A DNA stretch of 64,000 nucleotides from Escherichia coli (GCF_030384885.1 NZ_CP128613.1); one strand, 5' to 3'. Positions 33,853 through 49,945 are shown, counted from the stretch's first letter. Numbers and translations are program-made. The notes: generated from the sequence alone by a model not told the origin.

Positions 33853-34380
33853 ATGAACCGTTTCATCATTGCTGACGCGAGTAAATGTATTGGTTGTCGT
33901 ACCTGTGAAGTGGCGTGCGTGGTTTCTCATCAGGAGAATCAGGACTGTGCATCGCTGACCCCGGAAACTTTTTTACCGCGAATCCATGTCATTAAAGGTG
34001 TGAACATTTCCACGGCGACAGTCTGCCGTCAGTGTGAAGATGCACCGTGCGCTAACGTCTGCCCGAATGGTGCTATCAGCCGTGATAAAGGGTTTGTTCA
34101 TGTCATGCAGGAACGTTGCATTGGTTGCAAAACCTGCGTTGTGGCTTGCCCGTATGGTGCGATGGAAGTGGTAGTGCGTCCGGTGATTCGCAACAGCGGC
34201 GCAGGGCTTAACGTACGCGCTGACAAAGCCGAAGCTAATAAATGCGACCTCTGTAACCATCGTGAAGACGGCCCGGCCTGTATGGCTGCTTGCCCGACCC
34301 ATGCGCTGATTTGTGTCGATCGTAATAAACTTGAACAACTGAGCGCAGAAAAACGCCGCCGCACGGCGCTGATGTTCTAA
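33853..34380 (+). CDS. hydN: 4Fe-4S ferredoxin-type electron transport protein HydN, 175 aa
   Basis: Begins [22 protein letters not shown]; several Cys clusters. Confidence 0.9.
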   Translation: MNRFIIADASKCIGCRTCEVACVVSHQENQDCASLTPETFLPRIHVIKGVNISTATVCRQCEDAPCANVCPNGAISRDKGFVHVMQERCIGCKTCVVACPYGAMEVVVRPVIRNSGAGLNVRADKAEANKCDLCNHREDGPACMAACPTHALICVDRNKLEQLSAEKRRRTALMF

Positions 34381-34532
34381 AAATCTTACAGAACTGTTCT
34401 GGCATCAAAGGAATTCCCGGAAATATTCGTAGAATACGGAGCGGGCGGTATCGCCAACCTGTGACTACCGGATGCGACGCGGTCGTGTCCGGCTGGGCGG
34501 GTTACGCAATTCATGATGGCGGGAATAACTCA

Positions 34533-36785
34533 ATGGCAAAAAACACATCTTGCGGTGTCCAACTGCGTATTCGTGGCAAAGTGCAGGGCGTCGGTTTTCG
34601 TCCATTTGTCTGGCAACTGGCACAGCAATTAAATCTTCACGGCGATGTCTGTAATGACGGCGATGGCGTGGAAGTCCGGTTGCTGGAAGATCCGGAAACG
34701 TTTCTTGTTCAATTGCATCAGGATTGTCCGCCGCTGGCGCGTATTGATAGCGTCGAATGTGAGCCGTTTATCTGGATGCAGCCGCCCACTGAGTTCACCA
34801 TCCGCCAGAGCGCGGGCGGCGTCATGAATACGCAAATTGTTCCCGATGCCGCGACTTGTCCTGCCTGTCTTGCCGAAATGAATACCCCAGGCGAACGGCG
34901 TTATCGTTATCCGTTTATCAACTGTACCCACTGCGGCCCGCGTTTCACCATTATTCGCGCGATGCCTTACGACCGTCCGTTTACCGTGATGGCGGCGTTT
35001 CCGCTATGTCCGGCCTGCGATAAAGAATATCGCGACCCGCTCGATCGTCGCTTTCACGCCCAGCCGGTGGCCTGCCCGGAGTGTGGCCCACATCTTGAAT
35101 GGCTAAGTCATGGTGAACATGCGAAACAAGAGGCGGCATTACAGGCGGCTATCGCTCAGTTAAAAATGGGCAACATTGTCGCTATCAAAGGGATTGGCGG
35201 ATTTCATCTCGCCTGCGATGCGCGTAACAGTAACGCGGTGGCGACACTACGGGCGCGCAAACATCGCCCGGCGAAACCGCTGGCGGTTATGTTGCCAACG
35301 GCAGAAGGTTTGCCCGACGCTGCCCGTCAGTTGCTCACCACGCCCGCCGCGCCGATTGTACTGGTGGATAAAATATATGTTCCGGAACTTTGTGACGATA
35401 TCGCCCCTGGCCTTAACGAAGTCGGGGTGATGTTGCCTGCGAATCCGCTCCAGCATTTGCTGTTACAGGAACTGCAATGCCCGCTGGTGATGACCTCCGG
35501 CAACCTGAGCGGTAAACCACCGGCTATCAGCAACGAACAGGCGCTGGAGGACTTGCAGGACATTGCCGACGGATTCTTGATTCATAACCGCGACATCGTG
35601 CAGCGGATGGATGATTCAGTGGTGCGCGAAAGTGGCGAAATGTTGCGCCGCTCGCGGGGGTATGTACCGGATGCGCTGGCTTTGCCTCTGGGCTTTAAAA
35701 ATATTCCTCCTGTGCTGTGTCTCGGTGCGGATCTGAAAAATACCTTCTGTCTGGTGCGTGGTGAACAGGCGGTGTTGAGTCAACATTTGGGCGATTTAAG
35801 TGACGATGGCATTCAGATGCAGTGGCGCGAAGCGTTGCGCCTGATGCAAAACATCTACGATTTTACTCCACAGTTTGTGGTGCATGATGCGCATCCGGGC
35901 TATGTCTCCAGCCAGTGGGCGCGTGAAATGAATCTGCCGACGCAAACGGTGCTGCATCACCATGCCCACGCGGCGGCGTGTCTGGCAGAACATCACTGGC
36001 CGCTGGATGGCGGTGATGTCATTGCGTTGACGCTCGACGGTATTGGTATGGGGGAGAACAGCGCTTTATGGGGCGGCGAGTGCCTGCGGGTGAACTATCG
36101 CGAATGCCAGCACCTGGGCGGCTTGCCAGCGGTGGCGCTTGCTGGGGGCGATTTGGCGGCGAAGCAGCCGTGGCGTAACCTGCTGGCGCAGTGCCTGCGC
36201 TTTGTGCCGGAGTGGCAGAATTACCCTGAAACGGTAAGTGTGCAACAGCAAAACTGGAGCGTGCTGGCGCGGGCCATTGAGCGTGGAATTAACGCGCCGC
36301 TGGCGTCATCGTGTGGGCGTTTGTTCGATGCTGTGGCGGCGGCACTGGGCTGTGCGCCAGCCACGTTAAGTTATGAAGGTGAAGCGGCTTGCGCCCTTGA
36401 GGCGCTGGCGGCTTCGTGCCAGGGAGTGACGCATCCGGTGACGATGCCGCTGGTGGACAATCAACTGGATCTCGCCACTTTCTGGCAGCAGTGGCTGAAC
36501 TGGCAGGCTCCGGTTAATCAACGCGCGTGGGCATTTCATGATGCGCTGGCGCAGGGTTTTGCCGCGTTGATGCGTGAGCAGGCCACGATGCGTGGTATCA
36601 CTACGCTGGTATTTAGCGGCGGGGTTATTCATAACCGTTTGCTGCGTGCACGTCTGGCGCATTATCTTGCTGATTTTACGTTGCTCTTCCCGCAGAGTTT
36701 ACCTGCGGGGGATGGCGGGTTGTCTCTGGGGCAGGGGGTTATTGTTGCGGCCCGTTGGGTGGCGGGTGAAGTCCAGAATGGATAA
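34533..36785 (+). CDS. hypF: Carbamoyltransferase HypF (hydrogenase maturation), 750 aa
   Basis: Acylphosphatase-like N-terminus, zinc-finger CxxC pairs, YrdC and Kae1-like domains; start at internal ATG ([10 protein letters not shown]). Confidence 0.9.
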   Translation: MAKNTSCGVQLRIRGKVQGVGFRPFVWQLAQQLNLHGDVCNDGDGVEVRLLEDPETFLVQLHQDCPPLARIDSVECEPFIWMQPPTEFTIRQSAGGVMNTQIVPDAATCPACLAEMNTPGERRYRYPFINCTHCGPRFTIIRAMPYDRPFTVMAAFPLCPACDKEYRDPLDRRFHAQPVACPECGPHLEWLSHGEHAKQEAALQAAIAQLKMGNIVAIKGIGGFHLACDARNSNAVATLRARKHRPAKPLAVMLPTAEGLPDAARQLLTTPAAPIVLVDKIYVPELCDDIAPGLNEVGVMLPANPLQHLLLQELQCPLVMTSGNLSGKPPAISNEQALEDLQDIADGFLIHNRDIVQRMDDSVVRESGEMLRRSRGYVPDALALPLGFKNIPPVLCLGADLKNTFCLVRGEQAVLSQHLGDLSDDGIQMQWREALRLMQNIYDFTPQFVVHDAHPGYVSSQWAREMNLPTQTVLHHHAHAAACLAEHHWPLDGGDVIALTLDGIGMGENSALWGGECLRVNYRECQHLGGLPAVALAGGDLAAKQPWRNLLAQCLRFVPEWQNYPETVSVQQQNWSVLARAIERGINAPLASSCGRLFDAVAAALGCAPATLSYEGEAACALEALAASCQGVTHPVTMPLVDNQLDLATFWQQWLNWQAPVNQRAWAFHDALAQGFAALMREQATMRGITTLVFSGGVIHNRLLRARLAHYLADFTLLFPQSLPAGDGGLSLGQGVIVAARWVAGEVQNG

Positions 36786-36805
36786 ACGTGTTGCATTTGG
36801 GCGCA

Positions 36806-36892
36806 GTGCCGGATGCGGCGTGAACGCCTTATCCGGCCTACACATGCGCTCCCCGTAGGTCGGATAAGACGCGCCAGCGTCGCATCCGACAT
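36806..36892. repeat. REP/BIME element pair after hypF
   Basis: gccggatgcggcgtgaacgccttatccggcctaca and gtaggtcggataagacgcgccagcgtcgcatccgacat. Confidence 0.7.
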
Positions 36893-36911
36893 TTTGGGCA
36901 CAGTAGTCCGC

Positions 36912-38045
36912 CTACATCGGCAAGGTTTTCAATAATCCAAACGCCTCTTTCATCCGATCCTCACTGACTACAAAGGCGCGAAGCTGGTCGGCATCGTCAA
37001 CGCCGCGCGCCACCATTCCCTGGCTTTCGGTACAAATCTGCCAGCGCAAATCCCGACGCTGGGTTTCCCCTGCCAGATGCAGCGGTAATTCCGGCGTTTT
37101 GATTTTCACCAGCATCGCCGGTAGTTTCAGCGGTGCGTTTCCACCGAGCAAGTTCTTCGCCAGCACCATCGCGCTAAGTTGAATCGGCTGCAGGAACGGC
37201 AATACCTGACCATTAATTTCTGCGCAATCGCCCAGCGCGTAAATATCGGCATTACTGGTTTGCAGATAACTATCGACGCAAACGCCGCGATTAATCGTCA
37301 GCCCGGCGCGTCGTGCCAGGGCGGTTTCCGGGCGCAGTCCGGTGGCGGCAATTACCGCATCCACTTCGGTGCTGCGCTGGCGGTCCAGCGTTGCCAGAAT
37401 GCCAGAATTCGTTTTTTCCAGCCCCTGCAACTGAGATTTCAACAGCAGATGAACGCCCATCTCCGTCAACCGATGCTGTAAGCGACTGCTTACTTCCGGT
37501 GGCATTAACGACGCCAGAATACTGGCAGCGTTGTCGATTAGCGTGACCGCTTTGCCTGCCCGACAAAAATCCATCGCCAGTTCGCTACCAATCAAACCAC
37601 CGCCTACAATCAACACCCGTCGGGCATCCCGCAGTTGTGTTTCACAGGCGCGATACTCTTGCTGACTATTTAACGTCAGCATTAACTCACGCCCAGGCAC
37701 CGGCGGGACAAAGGCGTTGGCACCGGTTGCCAGCACTAGCTTGTCGTATTGCCACTGATTATTCTGGCTTTTCACCACATGGGCTTCGGCATCGATATCC
37801 GTCACCCAGGTGTGCGGAAACAGGCGCAGATTAAACTGCTCGGCAAATTCACCCGCCGTCTGGCGGGTAAGGTCGTCGGCACGTTGCCCCTGACTGATCA
37901 CATGGCTAAGATCAGGTTTGTTGTACTCATCCATGCTGTCGGCGGCAATCAGGGTCAATGGAATACCGGTATCCTGTTTACGAATATTTTTCACCAGTTG
38001 GCGGGCGGCGAAGCCTGAACCAATGATCACAATGCCGTTGCTCAT
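36912..38045 (-). CDS. norW: NADH:flavorubredoxin reductase NorW, 377 aa
   Basis: FAD/NAD-binding GxGxxG motifs; follows norV. Confidence 0.9.
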   Translation of the reverse strand: MSNGIVIIGSGFAARQLVKNIRKQDTGIPLTLIAADSMDEYNKPDLSHVISQGQRADDLTRQTAGEFAEQFNLRLFPHTWVTDIDAEAHVVKSQNNQWQYDKLVLATGANAFVPPVPGRELMLTLNSQQEYRACETQLRDARRVLIVGGGLIGSELAMDFCRAGKAVTLIDNAASILASLMPPEVSSRLQHRLTEMGVHLLLKSQLQGLEKTNSGILATLDRQRSTEVDAVIAATGLRPETALARRAGLTINRGVCVDSYLQTSNADIYALGDCAEINGQVLPFLQPIQLSAMVLAKNLLGGNAPLKLPAMLVKIKTPELPLHLAGETQRRDLRWQICTESQGMVARGVDDADQLRAFVVSEDRMKEAFGLLKTLPM

Positions 38046-39481
38046 TTTGCCTCCGATGCCAGTTCGTCAAAGACGTCTTTGCCGATGGAGCATTCCGGGC
38101 ACAGGAAGTTATCCGGGACTTCACTCCACGGCGTGCCTGGCGCAACGTCCTGCATTGGCTCGCCTTTTGCCGGATCGTAAATCCACTGGCAGACACTGCA
38201 CTGCATCCGCGGACCGAGATCAGCCGTCGTGGCGGCACAGGTTTCTTCTTTAACCACCGTATTCACCGTGCTTTGCGGCAGCGGCGAAAGCGCCCACTGA
38301 CGGGCAATTTCACGACCGTGTTCACGGCATAACTCCAGCGCGTCCTGGTCCGGTCGCCATTTGGCTTTCAGGCTAAGCGACATTTCGAAACCTGCATCCT
38401 GCAGGCGTGTGGAAAGACGATCCACCGCACCGCCGCTCCAGCCGTGAGAGCCGAAAGCACTGGCGCGTTTGTTACGGAAGCGTAATCCGGTCATCTCCTC
38501 CACCAGCCCGGCGATTTTCGGCATCATCACGTTATTCATCGTCGAAGTGCCAACCAGCACGCCTTTTGAGCGGAAGACATTGGTCAGGATTTCGTTTTTA
38601 TCGCTTCGGGCGACGTTGAAAATTTTCACCGCTACGCGCGGGTCGGTTTCCGCAATCCCCTGGGCGATAGCGTCAGCCATCATGCGGGTGTTATTCGACA
38701 TGGTGTCGTAGAAAATGGTGATTCTGTCTTCCTGATAATCCGCCGCCCATTTCAGGTACAGCTCGACAATTTGCGTCGGGTTATCGCGCCACACCACACC
38801 GTGAGAGGTGGCAATCATATCGACCGGCAAGTTAAAGCCCAGGATCTCGGTGATTTTCGGCGTTACCAGGCGGCTGAACGGTGTCAGGATATTGGCGTAG
38901 TAACGCTGGCACTGCTCGAAAAGCTCGGTCTGATCCACTTCATCGTTGAACAGATGCTCGTCGCAGTAGTGCTGACCGAAAGCATCGTTACTGAACAGCA
39001 CCGCGTCGCCCGTCAGGTAAGTCATCATGCTGTCCGGCCAGTGCAGCATTGGCGTTTCGACAAAAATGAGCTGTTTGCCGTTGCCGATATCCAGCGTGTC
39101 GCCGGTTTTCACCACGTTGAAATTCCACTCTGGATGATGGTGATGACCATTTATTGAGTCGATAGCGTTGGCAGTACAATAGATCGGCGTATCGGGAATT
39201 TGCGCCATCAGTTCGGTCAGCGCCCCGGCGTGGTCCTCTTCAGCATGGTTAATCACGATGTAATCGATATCCGCCAGATCGATTTCATTACGCAGGTTCT
39301 GCACAAATTCGCGGCTGAATTTATGGTCGACGGTGTCGATCAGCACGTTTTTTTCTTCGCGAATGAGGTAGCTGTTGTAGCTGCTGCCGCGCAGCGTTTT
39401 ATATTCTGTACCGTGAAAATCACGCACTTCCCAGTCACGTTGACCAACCCAATGAATGTTATTTTTCACCACAATAGACAT
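38042..39481 (-). CDS. norV: Anaerobic nitric oxide reductase flavorubredoxin NorV, 479 aa
   Basis: Metallo-beta-lactamase-like, flavodoxin and C-terminal rubredoxin (CxxC) modules. Confidence 0.9.
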   Translation of the reverse strand: MSIVVKNNIHWVGQRDWEVRDFHGTEYKTLRGSSYNSYLIREEKNVLIDTVDHKFSREFVQNLRNEIDLADIDYIVINHAEEDHAGALTELMAQIPDTPIYCTANAIDSINGHHHHPEWNFNVVKTGDTLDIGNGKQLIFVETPMLHWPDSMMTYLTGDAVLFSNDAFGQHYCDEHLFNDEVDQTELFEQCQRYYANILTPFSRLVTPKITEILGFNLPVDMIATSHGVVWRDNPTQIVELYLKWAADYQEDRITIFYDTMSNNTRMMADAIAQGIAETDPRVAVKIFNVARSDKNEILTNVFRSKGVLVGTSTMNNVMMPKIAGLVEEMTGLRFRNKRASAFGSHGWSGGAVDRLSTRLQDAGFEMSLSLKAKWRPDQDALELCREHGREIARQWALSPLPQSTVNTVVKEETCAATTADLGPRMQCSVCQWIYDPAKGEPMQDVAPGTPWSEVPDNFLCPECSIGKDVFDELASEAK

Positions 39482-39527
39482 AGCAACCTCAATTTATTCA
39501 GCGTGTTCTAAAAAGATGTCTTGTTAA

Positions 39528-39546
39528 TTGCAGATTGCGTGCCAGT
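39528..39546 (-). promoter_or_regulatory. Sigma54 (-24/-12) promoter of norVW
   Basis: Minus-strand CTGGCACGCAATCTGCAA. Confidence 0.7.
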
Positions 39547-39599
39547 TTTTTATCTAATTGTTTTTAATATATAAATTAATTTATGCTCATTAATGAGTA

Positions 39600-39655
39600 G
39601 TCAAAATGACTATCAATCAAATGGTCGATATGACAATATCTATAGTCAAATTGAC
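39600..39655. promoter_or_regulatory. Three NorR enhancer sites (GT-N7-AC)
   Basis: GTCAAAATGAC (39600..39610), GTCGATATGAC (39624..39634), GTCAAATTGAC (39645..39655). Confidence 0.75.
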
Positions 39656-39667
39656 AGTGAGGCAAAG

Positions 39668-41182
39668 ATGAGTTTTTCCGTTGATGTGCTGGCGAATATC
39701 GCCATCGAATTGCAGCGTGGGATTGGTCATCAGGATCGTTTTCAGCGCCTGATCACCACGTTGCGTCAGGTGCTGGAGTGCGATGCGTCTGCGTTGCTAC
39801 GTTACGACTCGCGGCAGTTTATTCCGCTTGCCATCGACGGACTGGCGAAGGATGTACTCGGTAGACGCTTTGCCCTGGAAGGGCATCCGCGGCTGGAAGC
39901 GATAGCCCGCGCCGGGGACGTGGTGCGTTTTCCCGCAGACAGCGAATTGCCCGATCCCTATGACGGTTTGATTCCAGGGCAGGAGAGTCTGAAGGTTCAC
40001 GCCTGCGTTGGTCTGCCGTTATTTGCCGGACAAAACCTGATCGGTGCATTGACACTCGACGGGATGCAGCCCGATCAGTTCGATGTTTTCAGCGACGAAG
40101 AGTTACGGCTGATTGCCGCGCTGGCGGCGGGAGCGTTAAGCAATGCGTTGCTGATTGAACAGCTGGAAAGTCAGAATATGCTGCCGGGCGATGCCGCGCC
40201 GTTTGAAGCGCTGAAAGAGACGCAGATGATCGGCCTGTCGCCAGGCATGACGCAATTGAAAAAAGAGATTGAGATTGTGGCGGCGTCCGATCTCAACGTC
40301 CTAATCAGTGGTGAGACGGGAACGGGTAAGGAGCTGGTGGCGAAAGCGATTCATGAAGCCTCGCCACGGGCGGTGAATCCGTTAGTCTATCTCAACTGTG
40401 CCGCACTGCCGGAAAGTGTGGCGGAAAGTGAGTTGTTTGGGCATGTGAAAGGGGCGTTTACTGGCGCTATCAGTAACCGCAGTGGGAAGTTTGAAATGGC
40501 GGATAACGGCACGCTGTTTCTGGATGAGATCGGCGAGTTGTCGTTGGCATTGCAGGCCAAGCTGCTGAGGGTATTGCAGTATGGCGATATTCAGCGCGTT
40601 GGCGATGACCGTAGTTTGCGGGTCGATGTGCGCGTGCTGGCGGCGACTAACCGCGACTTGCGCGAAGAGGTGCTGGCAGGGCGATTTCGTGCCGACTTGT
40701 TTCATCGCCTGAGTGTGTTTCCGCTTTCGGTGCCGCCGCTGCGTGAGCGGGGTGATGACGTCATTCTGCTGGCGGGGTATTACTGCGAACAGTGCCGCCT
40801 GCGGTTGGGGCTTTCCCGCGTGGTGTTAAGTTCCGGGGCGCGGAATTTATTGCAACATTATAGTTTTCCGGGAAACGTGCGTGAACTGGAACATGCTATT
40901 CACCGGGCGGTAGTGCTGGCGAGAGCGACCCGCAGCGGCGATGAAGTGATTCTTGAGGCGCAACATTTTGCTTTTCCTGAGGTGACGTTGCCGCCGCCAG
41001 AAGCGGCGGCGGTGCCTATTGTTAAGCAAAACCTGCGTGAAGCGACAGAAGCGTTCCAGCGTAAAACCATTCGCCAGGCACTGGCACAAAATCATCACAA
41101 CTGGGCTGCCAGCGCACGGATGCTGGAAACCGACGTCGCCAACTTGCATCGGTTGGCGAAACGTCTGGGGCTGAAAGATTAA
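39668..41182 (+). CDS. norR: NO-responsive sigma54-dependent regulator NorR, 504 aa
   Basis: GAF domain plus sigma54 AAA+ domain ([14 protein letters not shown]); start at internal ATG ([11 protein letters not shown]). Confidence 0.9.
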   Translation: MSFSVDVLANIAIELQRGIGHQDRFQRLITTLRQVLECDASALLRYDSRQFIPLAIDGLAKDVLGRRFALEGHPRLEAIARAGDVVRFPADSELPDPYDGLIPGQESLKVHACVGLPLFAGQNLIGALTLDGMQPDQFDVFSDEELRLIAALAAGALSNALLIEQLESQNMLPGDAAPFEALKETQMIGLSPGMTQLKKEIEIVAASDLNVLISGETGTGKELVAKAIHEASPRAVNPLVYLNCAALPESVAESELFGHVKGAFTGAISNRSGKFEMADNGTLFLDEIGELSLALQAKLLRVLQYGDIQRVGDDRSLRVDVRVLAATNRDLREEVLAGRFRADLFHRLSVFPLSVPPLRERGDDVILLAGYYCEQCRLRLGLSRVVLSSGARNLLQHYSFPGNVRELEHAIHRAVVLARATRSGDEVILEAQHFAFPEVTLPPPEAAAVPIVKQNLREATEAFQRKTIRQALAQNHHNWAASARMLETDVANLHRLAKRLGLKD

Positions 41183-42144
41183 ATAATCCCGGCCTGATAG
41201 AAATCCTGCAGGTTAATCGCGCCGACGAGTTTGCCGTTTTCATCTACCACCGGTGCGGCGGTGATTTTGCGTTTCATCAGAACTTCTTTGGCGTCGATGG
41301 CGCGGCTTTGCGCCTGTAATGTGGTGCCGCCTGTCGTCATCGCTTCATTAACTGGCGTGGTGAGTGCGCCGCCGCCAACCAGCCAGCGACGTAAATCCCC
41401 GTCGGTAAAGACGCCTTTCACCAGCCGTTGATCGTCGCACACGGCTACCAGTCCCAGACCGGTGCGACTAAGTTCCAGCATCGCATCCATCACGCTGGCG
41501 GTTAACGCCACCTGCGGGATGGCGTCATCACGGCGCATCAGATGATGCACTTTGTTCAGCAAGCGAGCGCCCAGAGCCCCAGCTGGGTGGGAGCGGGCAA
41601 AATCTTCTTCATTAAATCCGCGCGCCTGCATGACCGCCATCGCCAGCGCGTCGCCCATCATCAGGGTATTGACGGTGCTGGAGGTCGGCGCAAGATGCAT
41701 CGGGCAGGCTTCGCGTTCTACAGAGATATCCAGCACCGCTTTCGCCGCCAGGCCCAGCGGTGATGTCGGTTTACCGGTCATCGCCAGCAGCGCGATAGAT
41801 TTGTCTTCTAGACGCGGAATAATCAGATCCAGTTCCTTTGCGCCACCGGAGTAAGAGATAAACAGCATCACATCGCGGCTTTCAATCATCCCCAGATCGC
41901 CGTGCAGTGCTTCTGCCGGATGGACAAAAAAAGCAGGCGTGCCGGTACTGGCAAGCGTTGCGGCGATTTTCTTACCAATGTGGCCCGATTTGCCAATTCC
42001 CGAAACCACCACTTTGCCTTCGCAGTGCAGGATGATATTGGCGGCGCGAACAAAATCATCGCCCAGACGTTCTGGTAAACGGCTTGCTTCCTGCAACTCC
42101 AGCATTAACGTCTGACGTCCCGCGTTCAGTAGTGCTTCACTCAT
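41179..42144 (-). CDS. gutQ: Arabinose-5-phosphate isomerase GutQ (SIS + CBS domains), 321 aa
   Basis: SIS-domain sequence; last gene of the srl/gut operon. Confidence 0.9.
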   Translation of the reverse strand: MSEALLNAGRQTLMLELQEASRLPERLGDDFVRAANIILHCEGKVVVSGIGKSGHIGKKIAATLASTGTPAFFVHPAEALHGDLGMIESRDVMLFISYSGGAKELDLIIPRLEDKSIALLAMTGKPTSPLGLAAKAVLDISVEREACPMHLAPTSSTVNTLMMGDALAMAVMQARGFNEEDFARSHPAGALGARLLNKVHHLMRRDDAIPQVALTASVMDAMLELSRTGLGLVAVCDDQRLVKGVFTDGDLRRWLVGGGALTTPVNEAMTTGGTTLQAQSRAIDAKEVLMKRKITAAPVVDENGKLVGAINLQDFYQAGII

Positions 42145-42910
42145 TGCTCTCTCCGGTTATGATCACATCGATCCCTTTCTCTTCCAGCGCCTGACGAAAC
42201 GCCGGATCGATACCTGCGTCGGTAATTAGCTTATCGACGCTTTCAAGACTGCAAACTACGTTGGGGCTTTTACGGCCAAACTTTGATGAGTCCGCCATCA
42301 AAATCACTTCGCGCGCGGCATTACACATCGCTTTACTGACGGTATAGACCTCGTTGAAGGTGGTTACGCCTGCATTGAGATCGATGCCATCGGTGCCCAT
42401 AAACAATTTATCGAAGCTGAAATGTTCGAAGGCGTTCTCTGCCAGCTGCCCGTGAAATGAGGCCGATTTTTTACGAAATGTGCCGCCTGGCATCAGGATA
42501 GTTTGTTCGTTATCCAGTTCGGATAGCGCATTGACGATGTGCAGGCTGTTGGTCATCACCGTGATGTTATTAAAGCGCGAGAGCAGAGGCACCATCTGTA
42601 ATACGGTACTGCCAGCATCAAGAATGATTGAATCGCCATCATGAATAAAACTGACGGCAGCTTCTGCAATCAGCTCTTTCTTGTGGGTGTTGATGAGCGT
42701 TTTATGATCGATAGGTGGATCGGATTCCTCTTTATTTAACACCACGCCGCCATAGGTACGAATGACGGTTCCAGCATGTTCCAGAATGACCAGATCTTTG
42801 CGAATGGTTGTGCCTGTGGTGTCAAAGTATTGCGCCAATTCTTCAACCGAGCATTTCCCCTGCTTTTGCAGATACTCCAGAATGGCGGCCTGACGCTGAC
42901 GAGGTTTCAT
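42137..42910 (-). CDS. srlR: DeoR-family glucitol operon repressor SrlR/GutR, 257 aa
   Basis: DeoR HTH; operon position. Confidence 0.9.
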   Translation of the reverse strand: MKPRQRQAAILEYLQKQGKCSVEELAQYFDTTGTTIRKDLVILEHAGTVIRTYGGVVLNKEESDPPIDHKTLINTHKKELIAEAAVSFIHDGDSIILDAGSTVLQMVPLLSRFNNITVMTNSLHIVNALSELDNEQTILMPGGTFRKKSASFHGQLAENAFEHFSFDKLFMGTDGIDLNAGVTTFNEVYTVSKAMCNAAREVILMADSSKFGRKSPNVVCSLESVDKLITDAGIDPAFRQALEEKGIDVIITGESNE

Positions 42911-42976
42911 GGGCGTGATTACCTGATTTAGGTTTCAAAATGATAACTTCGCAAGCTAGTAACATTCACAACGAAA

Positions 42977-43336
42977 TTATCCACGTTTCAGTTTAAGCGC
43001 CAATGATAGAGCATTCTGTGATAGTGGATCATGGGGAAAGATCACATCGGGCTGTAAATCAGCAGAATGCATGCCTGTAATTGCGGGAATTTTTTGCGGT
43101 CGGGCGAAGACGGTCAGTCCTTTCATAAACAAGGTGTCGACGATGCGTTGCTGATCGTCCAGCGCGATGGCGACCACGACCCGCGGTTTAAAGCGCCCGC
43201 TGGAACGGCCCACGCCAACCCGCCCTTGCTGGCATAGTGTGTCGAAGGCACGGTTAAAACGAGAAATTTGCCAACCGCCTAAGGCCAGTTGCGCACACCA
43301 GGCGATAACGGCGACGGTGATGAGTGCGGATACCAT
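42977..43336 (-). CDS. gutM: Glucitol operon activator GutM, 119 aa
   Basis: Operon position and size. Confidence 0.85.
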   Translation of the reverse strand: MVSALITVAVIAWCAQLALGGWQISRFNRAFDTLCQQGRVGVGRSSGRFKPRVVVAIALDDQQRIVDTLFMKGLTVFARPQKIPAITGMHSADLQPDVIFPHDPLSQNALSLALKLKRG

Positions 43337-43370
43337 AACTTTTCCTTAATGTAGTGGCGGAAGTCCTGTA

Positions 43371-43435
43371 TGCCTGATGAGCGTAGCGCATCAGGCATTT
43401 TATTAGTCTCGCGGAGATCCTTAACGGATCTCCGC
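43371..43435. repeat. REP-like palindrome plus perfect 10-bp-stem hairpin between srlD and gutM
   Basis: tgcctgatgagcgtagcgcatcaggca; gcggagatcc-ttaac-ggatctccgc. Confidence 0.6.
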
Positions 43436-43441
43436 TGTTAA

Positions 43442-44596
<1,155 letters not shown>

Positions 44597-44606
44597 GTTT
44601 CAGCCT

Positions 44607-46144
<1,538 letters not shown>

Positions 46145-46185
46145 TTATTGTTTTATTACCAAACGGCAACCTAATCTAATCAGAT

Positions 46186-46258
46186 TGAAAGATTTAAAAG
46201 TGTTATTTTGATCGCAAAATGAAAGATAAATATTTTAACTTGAAAGTTTAAATGAAAG
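46186..46258. promoter_or_regulatory. Four direct TGAAAG repeats in the srlA upstream region (candidate operator/activator sites)
   Basis: TGAAAG at 46186, 46220, 46241 and 46253 in AT-rich context. Confidence 0.4.
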
Positions 46259-46381
46259 GATAGCGAGGAGAATGAGTTGAGTTATGTAAAGTCCGTATCG
46301 GGCGGTGACTACCGCTTCCTTGTGCGGGGCGTGATGCTTTACCATACTTGCCCCTGGTTGAATCTGTTAAATGGACCCCTC

Positions 46382-47467
46382 ATGTTCAAGCGTCGTTATG
46401 TAACATTGCTTCCCCTTTTTGTGTTGCTTGCCGCCTGTAGCAGCAAGCCAAAACCTACTGAGACTGAAACGACCACCGGAACGCCGTCTGGCGGCTTCCT
46501 GCTTGAGCCGCAGCACAATGTGATGCAGATGGGCGGTGACTTCGCTAACAACCCGAATGCCCAGCAGTTCATCGACAAAATGGTGAGCAAACACGGTTTC
46601 AATCGTCAGCAGTTGCAGGAAATTCTCTCCCAGGCGAAACGTCTGGATTCGGTATTGCGGCTGATGGATAACCAGGCACCAACCACATCGGTGAAGCCGC
46701 CATCAGGTCCGAACGGCGCATGGCTGCGTTATCGCAAAAAATTTATTACGCCGGACAACGTGCAAAACGGCGTGGTTTTCTGGAATCAGTATGAAGATGC
46801 GCTGAATCGTGCGTGGCAAGTGTATGGCGTACCGCCAGAAATTATCGTCGGGATTATCGGCGTTGAAACCCGTTGGGGGCGCGTGATGGGGAAAACCCGT
46901 ATCCTCGATGCGCTGGCAACGTTGTCATTTAACTACCCACGCCGCGCGGAGTATTTCTCTGGTGAGCTGGAAACCTTCTTGCTGATGGCGCGCGACGAGC
47001 AGGACGATCCGCTCAATCTGAAAGGCTCGTTTGCCGGTGCGATGGGCTACGGTCAGTTTATGCCATCGTCTTATAAACAATATGCAGTGGATTTTAGCGG
47101 CGACGGGCATATCAACCTGTGGGATCCGGTTGATGCCATCGGTAGTGTGGCGAACTATTTTAAAGCGCACGGCTGGGTGAAAGGTGATCAGGTTGCGGTG
47201 ATGGCAAACGGTCAGGCTCCAGGCTTACCGAATGGCTTCAAAACCAAGTACAGCATTTCACAACTTGCTGCAGCTGGACTAACGCCACAGCAGCCGCTGG
47301 GCAATCATCAGCAGGCCAGCTTACTGCGCCTGGATGTTGGCACCGGTTACCAGTACTGGTACGGTTTGCCGAACTTCTACACTATCACCCGTTACAATCA
47401 CAGCACCCATTACGCAATGGCCGTCTGGCAGTTAGGACAAGCCGTGGCACTGGCGCGCGTTCAGTAA
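46382..47467 (+). CDS. mltB: Membrane-bound lytic murein transglycosylase B, 361 aa lipoprotein
   Basis: Lipobox LLAACSS after signal peptide; start at internal ATG (MFKRRYVTLL). Confidence 0.9.
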   Translation: MFKRRYVTLLPLFVLLAACSSKPKPTETETTTGTPSGGFLLEPQHNVMQMGGDFANNPNAQQFIDKMVSKHGFNRQQLQEILSQAKRLDSVLRLMDNQAPTTSVKPPSGPNGAWLRYRKKFITPDNVQNGVVFWNQYEDALNRAWQVYGVPPEIIVGIIGVETRWGRVMGKTRILDALATLSFNYPRRAEYFSGELETFLLMARDEQDDPLNLKGSFAGAMGYGQFMPSSYKQYAVDFSGDGHINLWDPVDAIGSVANYFKAHGWVKGDQVAVMANGQAPGLPNGFKTKYSISQLAAAGLTPQQPLGNHQQASLLRLDVGTGYQYWYGLPNFYTITRYNHSTHYAMAVWQLGQAVALARVQ

Positions 47468-47611
47468 CTCTTTGCAAGAGGGGGGCGTGAGCTTCCCTCT
47501 GGCTAATCAGCTTTTTTCTGAATCCTCCTCGTAAAATTGCAACGCCAACACCATCTTCCTGACGAAAGTGCTATCTTGTCCGGCATAAATTTTTGACTGA
47601 CAGAGGTTGTG

Positions 47612-48105
47612 ATGACTGACAGTGAACTGATGCAGTTAAGCGAACAGGTTGGGCAGGCGCTGAAAGCCCGTGGCGCAACCGTAACAACTGCTGAGTCTTG
47701 TACCGGCGGTTGGGTAGCGAAAGTGATTACCGATATTGCCGGTAGCTCCGCCTGGTTTGAACGCGGATTTGTCACCTACAGTAACGAAGCGAAAGCGCAA
47801 ATGATCGGTGTACGCGAAGAGACGCTGGCGCAGCATGGCGCGGTGAGCGAGCCTGTCGTGGTGGAAATGGCGATAGGCGCACTGAAAGCGGCTCGTGCTG
47901 ATTATGCCGTGTCTATTAGTGGTATCGCCGGGCCGGATGGCGGCAGTGAAGAGAAGCCTGTCGGCACCGTCTGGTTTGCTTTTGCCACTGCCCGTGGTGA
48001 AGGCATTACCCGGCGGGAATGCTTCAGCGGTGACCGTGATGCGGTGCGTCGTCAGGCTACTGCGTATGCATTGCAAACCTTGTGGCAACAATTTCTACAA
48101 AACAC

Positions 48106-48109
<4 letters not shown>
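47612..48109 (+). CDS. pncC: NMN amidohydrolase PncC (CinA-like C-terminal domain protein, YgaD), 165 aa
   Basis: Position upstream of recA and size. Confidence 0.85.
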
Positions 48110-49250
<1,141 letters not shown>

Positions 49251-49270
49251 TCGTCTTGTTTGATACACAA

Positions 49271-49298
49271 GGGTCGCATCTGCGGCCCTTTTGCTTTT
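49271..49298 (+). terminator. Putative terminator/attenuator hairpin between recA and recX
   Basis: gggtcgca-tc-tgcggccc followed by TTTTGCTTTTT. Confidence 0.6.
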
Positions 49299-49317
49299 TA
49301 AGTTGTAAGGATATGCC

Positions 49318-49818
49318 ATGACAGAATCAACGTCCCGTCGCCCGGCATATGCTCGCCTGTTGGATCGTGCGGTACGCATTCTGGCGGTGCGCGATCACAG
49401 TGAGCAAGAACTGCGACGTAAACTCGCGGCACCGATTATGGGCAAAAATGGCCCGGAAGAGATTGATGCCACGGCAGAAGATTACGAGCGCGTTATCGCC
49501 TGGTGCCATGAACATGGCTATCTCGATGACAGCCGATTTGTTGCGCGCTTTATCGCCAGCCGTAGCCGCAAAGGTTATGGTCCTGCGCGTATTCGTCAGG
49601 AACTGAATCAGAAAGGTATTTCCCGCGAAGCGACAGAAAAAGCGATGCGTGAATGTGACATCGACTGGTGCGCACTGGCGCGCGATCAGGCGACGCGAAA
49701 ATATGGCGAACCTTTGCCAACTGTCTTTTCAGAAAAAGTTAAGATCCAGCGTTTTCTGCTCTATCGCGGCTATCTGATGGAGGATATCCAGGATATTTGG
49801 CGAAATTTTGCCGACTGA
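49318..49818 (+). CDS. recX: RecA regulator RecX, 166 aa
   Basis: Position directly after recA and size. Confidence 0.9.
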   Translation: MTESTSRRPAYARLLDRAVRILAVRDHSEQELRRKLAAPIMGKNGPEEIDATAEDYERVIAWCHEHGYLDDSRFVARFIASRSRKGYGPARIRQELNQKGISREATEKAMRECDIDWCALARDQATRKYGEPLPTVFSEKVKIQRFLLYRGYLMEDIQDIWRNFAD

Positions 49819-49945
49819 ACGCATACGGTATTTTACTTCCCAGTCAAGAAAACTTATCTTATTCCCACTTTTCAGTTACCAGCCCAGCGGTTAAGACACG
49901 CTGTCGCTGGTGGCGATATTTCGTTAGCTTGATTTCAGGATAATT

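Noticed and set aside
34461-34532. N-terminal extensions of track ORFs (hypF here; similarly fhlA, norR, hycE, recA, mltB, emrA, emrB, rpoS)
   Set aside because: Internal ATG/TTG starts give the protein lengths and N-termini I recognise for these proteins; the upstream extensions are read-through of intergenic sequence.
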